Positions 9,529-19,635 of a DNA stretch of 64,000 bases are shown piece by piece. A program made the translations under genes and the position numbers. The stretch comes from a virus, in the IMG/VR virus record IMGVR_UViG_3300021963_000030. One strand, 5' to 3'. Positions within the stretch are counted from its first letter, which is position 1. The number at the start of each line of letters is the position of its first letter. The notes below the pieces were generated by a model. The model had not been told where the DNA came from, did no database searches, and saw nothing but the letters and a program-made list of their open reading frames with translations.

Positions 9529-10440
9529 ATGGTAGAAACTTCGGTTATAGATACACTTACAAGACTTTTTAAACACAAACCGTCTGTCCAAAAGGGCGGA
9601 ACGGAGTTGATGTTTTTTTGTCCCAATTGTAATCACTATAAAAGGAAGTTGAACGTAAACACAACTACAGGTTATTATCACTGTTGGGTTTGTAATTTTA
9701 GTGGAAAAGGATTCAAGAGTCTTCTTAACAAAATCAAAGCTCCCGCAGAGTATTATGAATCTTTGTGCAAGATCAAGGCTCCTAGATCAATTAAGAGTGA
9801 TGTAAAGAAACTACATCTACCGTGGGAATTCAAACCGTTGTATCTTCACGATCATGATGTGATGTATAAACACGCTTTGAACTATTGTTTGAAACGTGGA
9901 TTGAGTGTGTATGACATAGTTCGTTACAACATAGGTTACTGTCCTTGTGGTCAGTTTAAGAACCGTGTTGTAGTTCCTTCATATTCTGCAACGGGTGAAC
10001 TAAACTTTTTTTGTGGTAGAGATATCTATGAAAGTAAGATGAAATATAGATTGTGTGAATCTACCAAAGATGTAATTGGATTTGAAATGTTCACAGACTT
10101 TAGTAAGCCTGTGACCCTAGTTGAAGGTGTATTTGACGCATTTTCTGTAAAATACAACGTGGTTCCGTTGTTTGGAAAAACCATGTCCAATAAACTCAAG
10201 GCTAAGATGACTACACAAAGGCCTCCTAGAGTAAATGTATTGTTGGACAACGATGCAATCAAGAGTAGTTTGGACATATGTCAATTTTTGGTATACAACG
10301 GCATCGATACACATCTTGTATTATTGGATGGTAAAGATCCAAATGAACTTGGACATAAAAATACTTGGAAAGCCATAGATGCCAGTGTTAAGATCTCCGA
10401 AAGCGATTTATTCAAATTGAAAATTAAACACAAGTTATGA
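9529..10440 (+). CDS. DNA primase (Zn-ribbon + TOPRIM), T4 gp61-like
   Basis: CPNC...HCWVC zinc ribbon; RVVVPSY; TLVEGVFDA and LDND TOPRIM motifs. Confidence 0.85.
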   Translation: MVETSVIDTLTRLFKHKPSVQKGGTELMFFCPNCNHYKRKLNVNTTTGYYHCWVCNFSGKGFKSLLNKIKAPAEYYESLCKIKAPRSIKSDVKKLHLPWEFKPLYLHDHDVMYKHALNYCLKRGLSVYDIVRYNIGYCPCGQFKNRVVVPSYSATGELNFFCGRDIYESKMKYRLCESTKDVIGFEMFTDFSKPVTLVEGVFDAFSVKYNVVPLFGKTMSNKLKAKMTTQRPPRVNVLLDNDAIKSSLDICQFLVYNGIDTHLVLLDGKDPNELGHKNTWKAIDASVKISESDLFKLKIKHKL

Positions 10441-13400
10441 TAGTATTAAAAAACACAGATAGTAAGATCGACAATGTGATTCAGGTGTCTGATATTCATA
10501 TTCGTCTGACAAAGCGCCATGAAGAATATACTTCTGTATTCGAACGTTTTTATACTGTCTTGGACAAAATCAAGAAGAATACAAACTTGGTGTGCGTTAT
10601 CACGGGTGACGTATTTCACAACAAGAGTGATCTAAGTCCCGAGTGTGTCAAAATTGGTAGTGACTTTTTGAAGAACTGTGCGGATCGTGTTCCTACCATC
10701 TTGATTGCTGGTAACCACGATGCTACACTAGCTAATAAAAGCAGACTCGATTGTTTGACTCCGATTGTTGATGCTCTTCAACACCCCAACCTTTATTATC
10801 TCAAGCAAAGCGAAGTGTTTCGTTACGAAAACATTTTGTTCAATCACTTTAGTGTGTTTGATGAATGTGATAAGTATATCAAGTATGATTCTATCCCAGA
10901 TAAGCACAAACTATCAACGGATCATCACGTTGCGTTGTTTCACGGGCCAGTAAATGATGCGGTTACAGATGTTGGTTATACTGTGAGTAACAGAACCATC
11001 GTGAACGATCTGTTTGATGGTCATCATATTGCGATGTTAGGTGATATTCATAAACATCAGATTCTTCAAGAGTATAATGAAGATGAAAACAAGCCTGTGA
11101 TTGTTTATGCTGGATCGATGATTCAACAGAACCATGGTGAGGAACTCAAGGGTCATGGATTCTTGTTGTGGGATCTAAAGCGTAAGTTGTTTAAACACTA
11201 TGAACTTCCCAATGATTATGGTTTCTATACCATTGAAATCAACAAGGGTAAGTTGATCACCGATATTGCGGATATTCCCAAGAAGGCTCGTATCAGAACC
11301 AAGTGTTTTGAATCGATTCCATCACAAGTAAAAGAAGTGATTAATGAGATCAAGGACAAGTGTGAAATTCTTGAGTCAACATTTATTCGTATTGATGAAT
11401 TTGACAATAATACAACTAAGATCAATCAGGTTCTTGATATCCATAACATCTTTAATGTTGATTATCAAAACAAATTGATTGAAGATACGTTGGTGTCTAA
11501 GAAGACCAACAAGACTTTGATTGATAAAGTAAAGGAACTAAACAAGAATATTAATCTTCAAATTCCTAAAGATAAAACTCCAAAGAACATTCGATGGAAG
11601 CCTAAGACTTTTGAGTTTGACAATATGTTCAGTTATGGTGAAAGTAACTACATTGACTTTACCAAACTAAAGGGAACCATTGGTTTGTTTGCTCCTAATG
11701 CTAGTGGTAAATCTAGCATCATGGACGCACTTGCATTTTGTGTATTCGACAAGTTCAGTAAGGGATATAAAGCGGTTCATGTTCTCAACACACAAAAGAT
11801 GAGCTTCAAGTGTAAGTTCAATTTTGAAGTCAGTGGTGTTGATTACTTCATTGAACGTGAAGGTAAAGCCGATAAGAAGGGTGCAGTCAAGGTTGATGTC
11901 AAGTTCTATAAGATCGACAAGGATGGTCAAGAGGTGCCTTTGAATGGTGAAGCACGTAGATCAACCAACGATATTATTAGAGACTATGTTGGAACCTATG
12001 ATGACTTTATCTTGACGGTGTTGAGTATTCAGAACAGTAAGGCTGGGTCATTTATTGATCTTGGTCAGACTGAACGTAAGGATTTGTTGTGTCAATTTAT
12101 GGGTCTTAATATCTTTGATCAACTCTATAATATTGCGAATGAAAACTTCAAAGAGACCAATACATTGTTGAAGAATATCAGTAAAGACCAACTTGAATCG
12201 GATCTTACTAATATCTCTGGTAGTATTGATATTAATTTGACAAACATTGCCACATTCAATTCCGAGTTAAAGACACTAGAGTCCCAGAAAGAAGAACATA
12301 ACAATCACTTACTTCAACTCAGCAAGAATATTGTTAAGTTGGATTCTATTAAGTCTGTCGATATTACCGATCTGGAAAAAGATAAGATTGAACATGGAAA
12401 AAACATTGGTAAGTTCGAATCTTCAATTGCGGATAATAAGACCAAGTTAGAAGAAGTTGAATCTCAAATCACTTCATTGAGTTCGTCATTGAAGTTGTGT
12501 GAGAACATTGAGACTACTTATCAAGAATATAAGACTGTGAAGAAAGAACAAGAAACAAAACAGTCTCAGATTGATCAATTGAAGTTTGTCATAAAGACCA
12601 AGGTTGATAAACTCAAGAAACTTGAAGAACATAAGTATGATCCTAATTGTGAATACTGTGTTAATAACGTATTCGTGAAGGATGCTATTGCAACAAAACA
12701 AGACCTTGAAAATGAAAAGATCAATGCTTCTAACATCATTGCTGAGTTTAACAAAATAAAAGCAAAGGTAGAAGAATTTGGTGATATTGAGACAAGGTAT
12801 CAAAATTGTCAAAGCACCAATAACGATAGAATCAAATTGGAAAAACGTCGTGAAATATTGACCACATCAATTCTGCGTGATGAAAATTATTTGATTACGT
12901 TGAAAAACAAATTAAAGGAGACTATTGATAGTATTGATGCGTTCTATAAGAACAAAGATACTATTGAAAATAATCAGAAATTGTTGAATGAGATTGAAGA
13001 ACACAAGGGTCTGATCAAAGATATTGAATTGGAAATTAAGTCTGTAAATTCCAAGTTGTTTAACATTTCTACTGAGAAAGGTAGATTGGAGTTGCAGTAT
13101 AAGAATACTACTGATCAGTTGAATAAAGTAAAGGAGTTGGAAGATTCCTACGAAGCATACAAACTGTATACGTCAATTATAAGCCGTGACGGTATTCCAT
13201 ATGATGTTATTACCAAGACTTTGCCTGAGATCGAAAAGGAAGTTAACAATATTCTTCATCAAATTGTGGAGTTTAGTGTAACTCTTCAGACTGACGGTAA
13301 GAACATTATGACCAACATTGTTTATGATGACAAACGTTGGCCGCTTGAAATGGCTAGTGGTATGGAGAAGTTCATTAGTGGACTAGCTATCAGAGTCGCT

Positions 13401-13628
13401 TTGATTAATATTAGCAATTTGCCGAGACCCAATATTATATGTATTGATGAAGGTTTTGGTTGTGCTGATAGTGATCACTTGGGTCAAATGGGATCGTTAT
13501 TTACATATTTAAAACACCAATTTGAATTTATCTGGGTTATTAGCCATCTTGATCAAATGAGAGACATGGTTGATCAACAGTTGGAGATAAAGAAAGAAAA
13601 TGGGTATAGCAAGATCGATTTTCGGTGA
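10437..13628 (+). CDS. Single-chain Mre11/SbcD nuclease - Rad50/SbcC ATPase fusion (gp47-gp46-like)
   Basis: SDIH, GDVFH, GNHD, FHG and GDIHK phosphoesterase motifs, then Walker A APNASGKSS, coiled coil, CEYC zinc hook, ASGME signature, IDEGFG Walker B and VISH, all in one 1063-aa frame. Confidence 0.92.
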   Translation: MIVLKNTDSKIDNVIQVSDIHIRLTKRHEEYTSVFERFYTVLDKIKKNTNLVCVITGDVFHNKSDLSPECVKIGSDFLKNCADRVPTILIAGNHDATLANKSRLDCLTPIVDALQHPNLYYLKQSEVFRYENILFNHFSVFDECDKYIKYDSIPDKHKLSTDHHVALFHGPVNDAVTDVGYTVSNRTIVNDLFDGHHIAMLGDIHKHQILQEYNEDENKPVIVYAGSMIQQNHGEELKGHGFLLWDLKRKLFKHYELPNDYGFYTIEINKGKLITDIADIPKKARIRTKCFESIPSQVKEVINEIKDKCEILESTFIRIDEFDNNTTKINQVLDIHNIFNVDYQNKLIEDTLVSKKTNKTLIDKVKELNKNINLQIPKDKTPKNIRWKPKTFEFDNMFSYGESNYIDFTKLKGTIGLFAPNASGKSSIMDALAFCVFDKFSKGYKAVHVLNTQKMSFKCKFNFEVSGVDYFIEREGKADKKGAVKVDVKFYKIDKDGQEVPLNGEARRSTNDIIRDYVGTYDDFILTVLSIQNSKAGSFIDLGQTERKDLLCQFMGLNIFDQLYNIANENFKETNTLLKNISKDQLESDLTNISGSIDINLTNIATFNSELKTLESQKEEHNNHLLQLSKNIVKLDSIKSVDITDLEKDKIEHGKNIGKFESSIADNKTKLEEVESQITSLSSSLKLCENIETTYQEYKTVKKEQETKQSQIDQLKFVIKTKVDKLKKLEEHKYDPNCEYCVNNVFVKDAIATKQDLENEKINASNIIAEFNKIKAKVEEFGDIETRYQNCQSTNNDRIKLEKRREILTTSILRDENYLITLKNKLKETIDSIDAFYKNKDTIENNQKLLNEIEEHKGLIKDIELEIKSVNSKLFNISTEKGRLELQYKNTTDQLNKVKELEDSYEAYKLYTSIISRDGIPYDVITKTLPEIEKEVNNILHQIVEFSVTLQTDGKNIMTNIVYDDKRWPLEMASGMEKFISGLAIRVALINISNLPRPNIICIDEGFGCADSDHLGQMGSLFTYLKHQFEFIWVISHLDQMRDMVDQQLEIKKENGYSKIDFR

Positions 13629-13678
13629 AAAAAGTTAAAAGTGTATATAAATAGTTAGGTGTTCCACTTTTTTGGCAA

Positions 13679-13686
13679 TATTTATA
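13679..13686 (+). promoter_or_regulatory. TATTTATA late motif before tail sheath (leadered, AAGGA SD)
   Basis: Motif 53 nt upstream of ATG 13740, with AAGGA near the start codon. Confidence 0.55.
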
Positions 13687-13739
13687 AAGTAAACATAACT
13701 TTTTGTAAAGTTAAGTTGACCCTGAAAGGAATATAAATT

Positions 13740-16700
13740 ATGCCAATTCAAGAAGGTGGACGATGGAGTCCAACACAAAATATAGTAAGTCCTGGTGTTT
13801 TCACCAGAGAAAATGACTTATCGGGGCTAGCCCAAGGCGTAGCCAACATAGGTGGTGCAATCGTGGCTCCGTTCGCCGACGGACCTGCGTTTTTCCCAAG
13901 CGTGATCACAGACGTAGCAACACTAGAACAAAGATTCGGTATTGCTGACGGTGTATACTACGGTCCCTACACTGCAAAAGAATACCTCTTACAACAAGGT
14001 ATCGTAACCATAGTTCGTGTCGGCGGATTGACTGGTTACTGGCAAAAGAACCCATTGGTGGTTTATGCTGAACCAGGTCAATGGCTTAGAACTTGGGATA
14101 TTGGTGCTTTGACTACCGCTTCGTTTATGTATTTGAATAGTGGTGACTACACTGCTAATCTTCAATACGTTCACAGTGCTTCATCATGGGAAATCGAACC
14201 AAGTGCTTTAGTAAGAACCAATCCGCTTGCAGGTATCTGGATCACTGGTTCTAATACAACAAACCAACAAATTGCTGATTTCGTTGGTGCAAATTCAAGT
14301 TTGGAATACATCAATGATTTGTCTGCTTCTCTCGTAGCATTGAAAGATGCTGGTAAGTTGGTAAGTTTGACTACTTACAATGCTTATTCAGCATTTAGTG
14401 CCTCGGTTGTCGCAGCTGGACTTAAAGTCACCCCATCAGGTGGTGGTTCAGATCACGCTTTGGCATGGTTTGACGTAACTCAATGGGCACCATATGGTTA
14501 TGTTTACAAGTCTGGTTCTGGTGCATGGAGCACATTCCAAATTGATGATAACATTACTGGCAACATAGTCAACGGATTCCCAACTAACTCTGGATCTTAT
14601 TTGACTGCTTCTATCATCAAGGTTAACAATCAACAAGTTACCTTCCCATTCGTAGCATTGTCAACAAGTGTAGGTTCGAACGCTACAGTTTGTTCTCACA
14701 AAGAAACTGGTGCTAATACTACTTCTTCTCCATATTTCTATCCAACCTTTGATTGTTCTTACTTGACAATCAGTGGTAGCATTAATGCAAGATTTGGTAG
14801 TGCTGCTTTGACCAGTGGATTCCCATCCAACTACAATGGAACTGGTAATTTGAGTGGTAGTAAGTTGTATGCTGGTAAGCAAGTAAGTCTTGGAACTGTC
14901 GAGACTGCTCAGCTCAGCAGACGTTTCTACGGTGCTACTCACTTGGCTCCGTCTGGATCTGCTGGATTGTATTTCTACTTGAGTTCTAGTGCTCAAGGAA
15001 GTAGCACCGCTACAACAGAGACTCAAATTGCTACAGCAATTGCAGAAAGCACCGAAGTATCATTCTTGTTGACTTCAAGTTTGTTGAACCTTGGTTCTAC
15101 AACTTCTAACATCGCATTGGAATATGACCAAGATACGTTTGATGCTACAAGCGACTTGTATATTAAGAGTGGTAGCTTTGCTACTGTTCGTAGTGCCGCA
15201 ACTTGCGGTGCCGCATTGAGATTCTTGGGTCTTGTAAGTGGTTCTTACGGAGCATTTACAGGCAACTTCGAAGCTGATGGTTCGGGTGGTTCAGATCCAT
15301 GTAATCCATCTACAACAGGTCGTCAACCAGTTGTGCTCGCAGTATTGGCTAACACCCAAAATGCTTCGACACAATTCAGTAGCGATTATGAAGTATACGG
15401 ATTTGACACTTCTACTGTAAGTCAATTGACCAGTTCAGTATATCCATATCAAGGTATTGTCAATCCAAACGACAACGTTTATCAACTTATCTTGAGATAC
15501 AACTGGACTGATACAAACGGTGTGGTTTCTGACGGAACCTACGGTTATTATGACTTCAGCTTGAATGAAGATGACAACAACTATATCAAGGACGTATTCG
15601 GAATTGATCCAACTGTTGGTAATCCATCTAAGCAAATTGCTGGTCAAAAGGTAGAGGCTGCATATAACTACATCCTCTTCGAAGACACCATCAAGAAGTT
15701 TATTGCTGAAAAGACTCGTCCAAATGCTGAGGGTGGTGGTTGGAGATTGTTGGTAGCAACTGCTCCATCTGCTTCGTTTAGTGTTGGTGAGTCTATGAAG
15801 TTCTTGGATCAATACTCACTAGATCCTAACAGTGGTGATTCACAATTTGCTATCACAAATGCGAAGACCCCATGGTTCTATAGTCAACAAATTGCTCCAT
15901 TCAAGGGAAGTGCTGATGAAGCAGCTGTTCCTACCAAGTTCAAGTTGTTCAAGGTTCACACTCTCAGTGACGGTAGCTTGAGTAACAAGAAGTATAAGAT
16001 CGAAATTAGCAACGTTAAGTTGGCTGGAACTGTTCCAGGCAGCAATTGGGGTTCATTCACTCTTGCTGTTCGTGCTTACAGTGATACCGACAAACGTCCT
16101 AAGTATCTTGAAATCTTCCAAAACTTGAACCTCGACCCAGACAGTGCAAACTTCATTGCACGTCGTATTGGTGATCGTTACGCATACATTACCTTCGCTG
16201 GTAAGATTGTAGAATACGGAACTTACGTTAACTTGAGTCAGTTTATCAGAATCGAAATGACCGACATTGCTTATCCAGAAGTAGTCGTTCCTTACGGTTT
16301 CGAATCATACTCTGCTCCAGTAAACGGAACTCTAAGCAACATGTTGCCAGCAGTTCGTTACAGTAAGGCAAGTATCTATGGTCTCGCACCTGGTAAGTAT
16401 CCATCTGGAACTGTGTTTGGTGATGTTCCAGAAAGTGGTGCTCAAATCGCTGCTTTGTATCCTACCGCTTCGTTTGGAGTAGGTGTCGCAAATGATACAA
16501 AACAATACTTCAAGCCTCTTCCATCCTACGGTGGTTCAGATCAAAACGGTGAAAACATCGACTTTGATTTGGAAGCAAAGGTATGGGGAACAGCAGACTG
16601 TTCTTACTATGCTCAAGGCGTATCGGCAAGCACCGGTTCGTTACTTGCTCCAAGTTTGAGTGGTAGTATTCCATCGGTATACGATCCAGTCAATGAATCT

Positions 16701-17711
16701 ACTTACGTAAGACTTCGTAAGTTTATCGTAGGTTTCCAAGGTGGATTTGAAGGTCAATGGCCAGCAATTCCAATCAACGTTGGATCTGATATTACTGCTG
16801 GTAATACTCAAGGTTTGGATTGCACAAACATTACAAGCCCAGGTAGTATCGCATACAAACAATGTATCGCTGCTCTCGGTAATGCCGATGAGTTTGATAT
16901 CAACTTGATCGTGTTGCCAGGTATCTTCCGTGAACAACACAGCTATGTCACCGAGATCACCATTGATATGTGTGAAGCTCGTGGAGATTGTTTCTACATC
17001 ATGGATAACGTGGTCTTCCCAGCAAGTAACCAAAGCGTAGGTTTGATCAATGCCGCAATCAACACGGTTGCTACAATTGATAGTAACTACGTCGCAACTT
17101 ACTATCCATGGGTCAAGATCCTCGACACAAACTTGAACAAGATCATCAGTGTTCCACCTTCGGTAGTGTTGCCAGCAGTTTACGCTGCTAACGACAATGC
17201 AGCTGCCGAATGGTATGCTCCAGCCGGTTTGAACCGTGGTGGAATCCCACAAGCAGTTCAAGTTCTTGACAGATTGACTCACGCAGAACGTGATCAACTC
17301 TATGAGAATCGTGTGAACCCAATCGCAGCATTCCCAGGCCAAGGTATCGTAGTGTGGGGTCAAAAGACTCTTCAAATTCAACCAAGTGCTTTGGATCGTG
17401 TGAACGTCCGTCGCTTGTTGATCAACTTGAAGAAGTTTATTGCAAGTTCAAGCAACTACTTGGTCTTCGAACAAAACGTTGCTGCAACTCGTAACCGCTT
17501 CTTGAGTATCGTAAATCCATACTTGGAGAGTGTCCAACAACGTAACGGTATCTATGCTTACCAAGTTAAGATGGATGCTGAGAACAATACTCCAGACTTG
17601 ATCGATAGAAACATCCTCTACGGTCAAATCTATATCCAACCAACCAGAACTGCTGAATTCATCTTGCTTGATTTCAACATTCTGCCAACTGGTGCTTCTT
17701 TCGGTGAATAA
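13740..17711 (+). CDS. Contractile tail sheath protein (gp18-like) with large insertion
   Basis: SPGVFTRENDLS N-terminus; C-terminal YYPWVKI, WYAPAGLNRG, LYENRVNPI, WGQKTL, LDRVNVRRLL, QPTRTAEFI. 1323 aa. Confidence 0.95.
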   Translation: MPIQEGGRWSPTQNIVSPGVFTRENDLSGLAQGVANIGGAIVAPFADGPAFFPSVITDVATLEQRFGIADGVYYGPYTAKEYLLQQGIVTIVRVGGLTGYWQKNPLVVYAEPGQWLRTWDIGALTTASFMYLNSGDYTANLQYVHSASSWEIEPSALVRTNPLAGIWITGSNTTNQQIADFVGANSSLEYINDLSASLVALKDAGKLVSLTTYNAYSAFSASVVAAGLKVTPSGGGSDHALAWFDVTQWAPYGYVYKSGSGAWSTFQIDDNITGNIVNGFPTNSGSYLTASIIKVNNQQVTFPFVALSTSVGSNATVCSHKETGANTTSSPYFYPTFDCSYLTISGSINARFGSAALTSGFPSNYNGTGNLSGSKLYAGKQVSLGTVETAQLSRRFYGATHLAPSGSAGLYFYLSSSAQGSSTATTETQIATAIAESTEVSFLLTSSLLNLGSTTSNIALEYDQDTFDATSDLYIKSGSFATVRSAATCGAALRFLGLVSGSYGAFTGNFEADGSGGSDPCNPSTTGRQPVVLAVLANTQNASTQFSSDYEVYGFDTSTVSQLTSSVYPYQGIVNPNDNVYQLILRYNWTDTNGVVSDGTYGYYDFSLNEDDNNYIKDVFGIDPTVGNPSKQIAGQKVEAAYNYILFEDTIKKFIAEKTRPNAEGGGWRLLVATAPSASFSVGESMKFLDQYSLDPNSGDSQFAITNAKTPWFYSQQIAPFKGSADEAAVPTKFKLFKVHTLSDGSLSNKKYKIEISNVKLAGTVPGSNWGSFTLAVRAYSDTDKRPKYLEIFQNLNLDPDSANFIARRIGDRYAYITFAGKIVEYGTYVNLSQFIRIEMTDIAYPEVVVPYGFESYSAPVNGTLSNMLPAVRYSKASIYGLAPGKYPSGTVFGDVPESGAQIAALYPTASFGVGVANDTKQYFKPLPSYGGSDQNGENIDFDLEAKVWGTADCSYYAQGVSASTGSLLAPSLSGSIPSVYDPVNESTYVRLRKFIVGFQGGFEGQWPAIPINVGSDITAGNTQGLDCTNITSPGSIAYKQCIAALGNADEFDINLIVLPGIFREQHSYVTEITIDMCEARGDCFYIMDNVVFPASNQSVGLINAAINTVATIDSNYVATYYPWVKILDTNLNKIISVPPSVVLPAVYAANDNAAAEWYAPAGLNRGGIPQAVQVLDRLTHAERDQLYENRVNPIAAFPGQGIVVWGQKTLQIQPSALDRVNVRRLLINLKKFIASSSNYLVFEQNVAATRNRFLSIVNPYLESVQQRNGIYAYQVKMDAENNTPDLIDRNILYGQIYIQPTRTAEFILLDFNILPTGASFGE

Positions 17712-17731
17712 CCCAAAGTAACCTAAACAAG

Positions 17732-17765
17732 ACCCCGGCCCTAAAAAGCCGGGGTTTTTTGTTTT
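17732..17765 (+). terminator. Rho-independent terminator after sheath
   Basis: ACCCCGGC-loop-GCCGGGGT followed by a T run. Confidence 0.85.
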
Positions 17766-17798
17766 GTATTTTTACTATAATCTGTATATTTATATGAG

Positions 17799-18581
17799 AT
17801 GATTAGTCTATCAGACCTTTTACTAGAAGCTAAGTTACCTATTAGCGAACAAGATATGGACTTGTATGCAAAAAAATACAAGAAGACCATTGATTATTTG
17901 CGTAACAAAAACAAAGTTTTATTATTGACAACCAGTAATAGATGGGTCAAACACAAAGAAGATGTTCCAAAAAGCAGTCAATTAGCTATCAAAATTCAAG
18001 ACTTGTTGGGAAAAGAAAAGGTAACATTGATCGACACAACAAAATTGAATATAGTTCCATGTGAAGGTAACGTGAGTAGTAACAAAGAGTTTGGCGGTAA
18101 TCATTGTGGAACTGCTGGCGCTTTATTAAAGAACAAAGATCAAAATCCAAGTGGATATCATCGTTGTTGGGCAAGTGTGAATGAAAAGGGAGACGAACTT
18201 TGGAAGATAAGCAAAGAATTGTTTGAAAGCGACTGTGTATTATTTTTTGCAAGCATTCGTTGGGGCCAAACAAATAGTTACTATCAAAAATTGATTGAAC
18301 GTCTAACTTGGATTGAAAACAGACACAGCACTTTGGGTGAGTCTAACATTGTTAAAGATATTGATGCTGGATTTATTGCTGTCGGTCAAAATTGGAATGG
18401 TAAACATGTAGTTGATACTCAAAAGAGCGTTCTTGAGTTTTATGGATTCAAGACACCAGATCCTTTGTTTTGGAATTGGCAATTTACAGATGATTCACTT
18501 GATGAGACTAAACGTTCATATTTAAAGGGCGTAACTACATTCGAAAATACTTTTATTAAACCATATGATAAAGCTAAGTAA
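17799..18581 (+). CDS. Flavodoxin-like (WrbA/Isf-type FMN-binding) protein with MISLSDLLLE leader
   Basis: LLLTTSNR, PCEG...C...RCWAS, ELFESDCVLFFASIRWG...KLIERL, AGFIAVG. TATTTATA at 17787-17794. Confidence 0.7.
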   Translation: MISLSDLLLEAKLPISEQDMDLYAKKYKKTIDYLRNKNKVLLLTTSNRWVKHKEDVPKSSQLAIKIQDLLGKEKVTLIDTTKLNIVPCEGNVSSNKEFGGNHCGTAGALLKNKDQNPSGYHRCWASVNEKGDELWKISKELFESDCVLFFASIRWGQTNSYYQKLIERLTWIENRHSTLGESNIVKDIDAGFIAVGQNWNGKHVVDTQKSVLEFYGFKTPDPLFWNWQFTDDSLDETKRSYLKGVTTFENTFIKPYDKAK

Positions 18582-19617
18582 TATTTTGTCGGAAGTTCTT
18601 AAAGAAGGTGGAGCCGGTGGCCACATGGAACATCCATTTGACTTTACCTCGAGCGGAAAACAACTCGTAGATGTATTTCAAAAAGCAATCAATTCACTAG
18701 AAAAAGGAACTGGTAGTGTAAAGATTGACGGTGTAAACGCAAGTATCCGTTTGGTCAATGGTGAATTCGTAATGGATCGTGGTAGTGCAAAACCATTAGA
18801 CATCAAGGGAATGCGCCCTCAAGACTTGTCTGCTAGATTTTTGCCAGATCCACAATCTGGTGCCGAACATGGATTTATCAAGATTGGTTCCAAGGTAATT
18901 CAGATATTTGATGAAGCTATACCATCTACCCGACAAGAATTAAAGACGTTGGGCTTATTAAACAATCCAAATATTTTGTTAAACGTTGAATACGTCGAAG
19001 GTCAAACAAACGTTCTTGGATACGAAAACATTGGTAACTTTCTAGCAATCCACGGTCTAAAAGAAATCAAGCCAAAGACATTTGGTAAAGATGGTAGTGT
19101 CAAGTCAAGAGTAGCTACTGAGATTCCTTATGATAAGACTGCAATGCAATCTTATATCAATAAGTTGAATATGGTTGCTAAGAAACATGGATTCAAGGTG
19201 TTAGGAAGCGTGGATACCAAGTTCAAGTCTAGACCAAACCTTTCAAAACCTTTGAGTGAGAAAGTCACTTTATATCCTCAAGGTAATCCAGTGACCAAGA
19301 GTTTAAGAGATTGGTTGAAGGATGTTACTATTCAAACTCCTTTAATCACCCGTGAACAATTCCAAAAGGCATCTGCAAGTAAAAATATTGCGATGGACTT
19401 TGAAGGACAAGATATTGATAAGATTGTCAACGATTGTATTGTGTATATTGCTACAATCAAGTTGGGTGACGAAATATTAAAGAATGCTACTAGTGAAATT
19501 GGTGACCTTGAAAAACATGAAGGAATTGTTGTTAGAGATCCAAGTATACACAGTAATCCATTTAAAATAACTGGTAGTTTCATTATTAAGGGACTACAAA
19601 GTGGTTTTGGTAAATAA
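18565..19617 (+). CDS. Ligase/covalent nucleotidyltransferase-fold protein with MIKLSNILSE leader
   Basis: SVKIDG (KxDG motif I), NVEYV (III), EGIVVR (IV), FKITG (V); N-terminal EGGAGGHMEHPFD. Confidence 0.55.
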   Translation: MIKLSNILSEVLKEGGAGGHMEHPFDFTSSGKQLVDVFQKAINSLEKGTGSVKIDGVNASIRLVNGEFVMDRGSAKPLDIKGMRPQDLSARFLPDPQSGAEHGFIKIGSKVIQIFDEAIPSTRQELKTLGLLNNPNILLNVEYVEGQTNVLGYENIGNFLAIHGLKEIKPKTFGKDGSVKSRVATEIPYDKTAMQSYINKLNMVAKKHGFKVLGSVDTKFKSRPNLSKPLSEKVTLYPQGNPVTKSLRDWLKDVTIQTPLITREQFQKASASKNIAMDFEGQDIDKIVNDCIVYIATIKLGDEILKNATSEIGDLEKHEGIVVRDPSIHSNPFKITGSFIIKGLQSGFGK

Positions 19618-19635
19618 AAAAAATAAGTATTGGTT

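Noticed and set aside
13646-13653. Canonical T4 late promoter TATAAATA on the plus strand before the sheath gene
   Set aside because: Isolated case; the recurrent sense-strand motif is TATTTATA, which is also present at 13679.
16641-17381. Long antisense ORFs in sheath (246 aa) and capsid (29723..30427, 234 aa)
   Set aside because: Expected from strong codon bias in highly expressed genes; no motifs or start signals.
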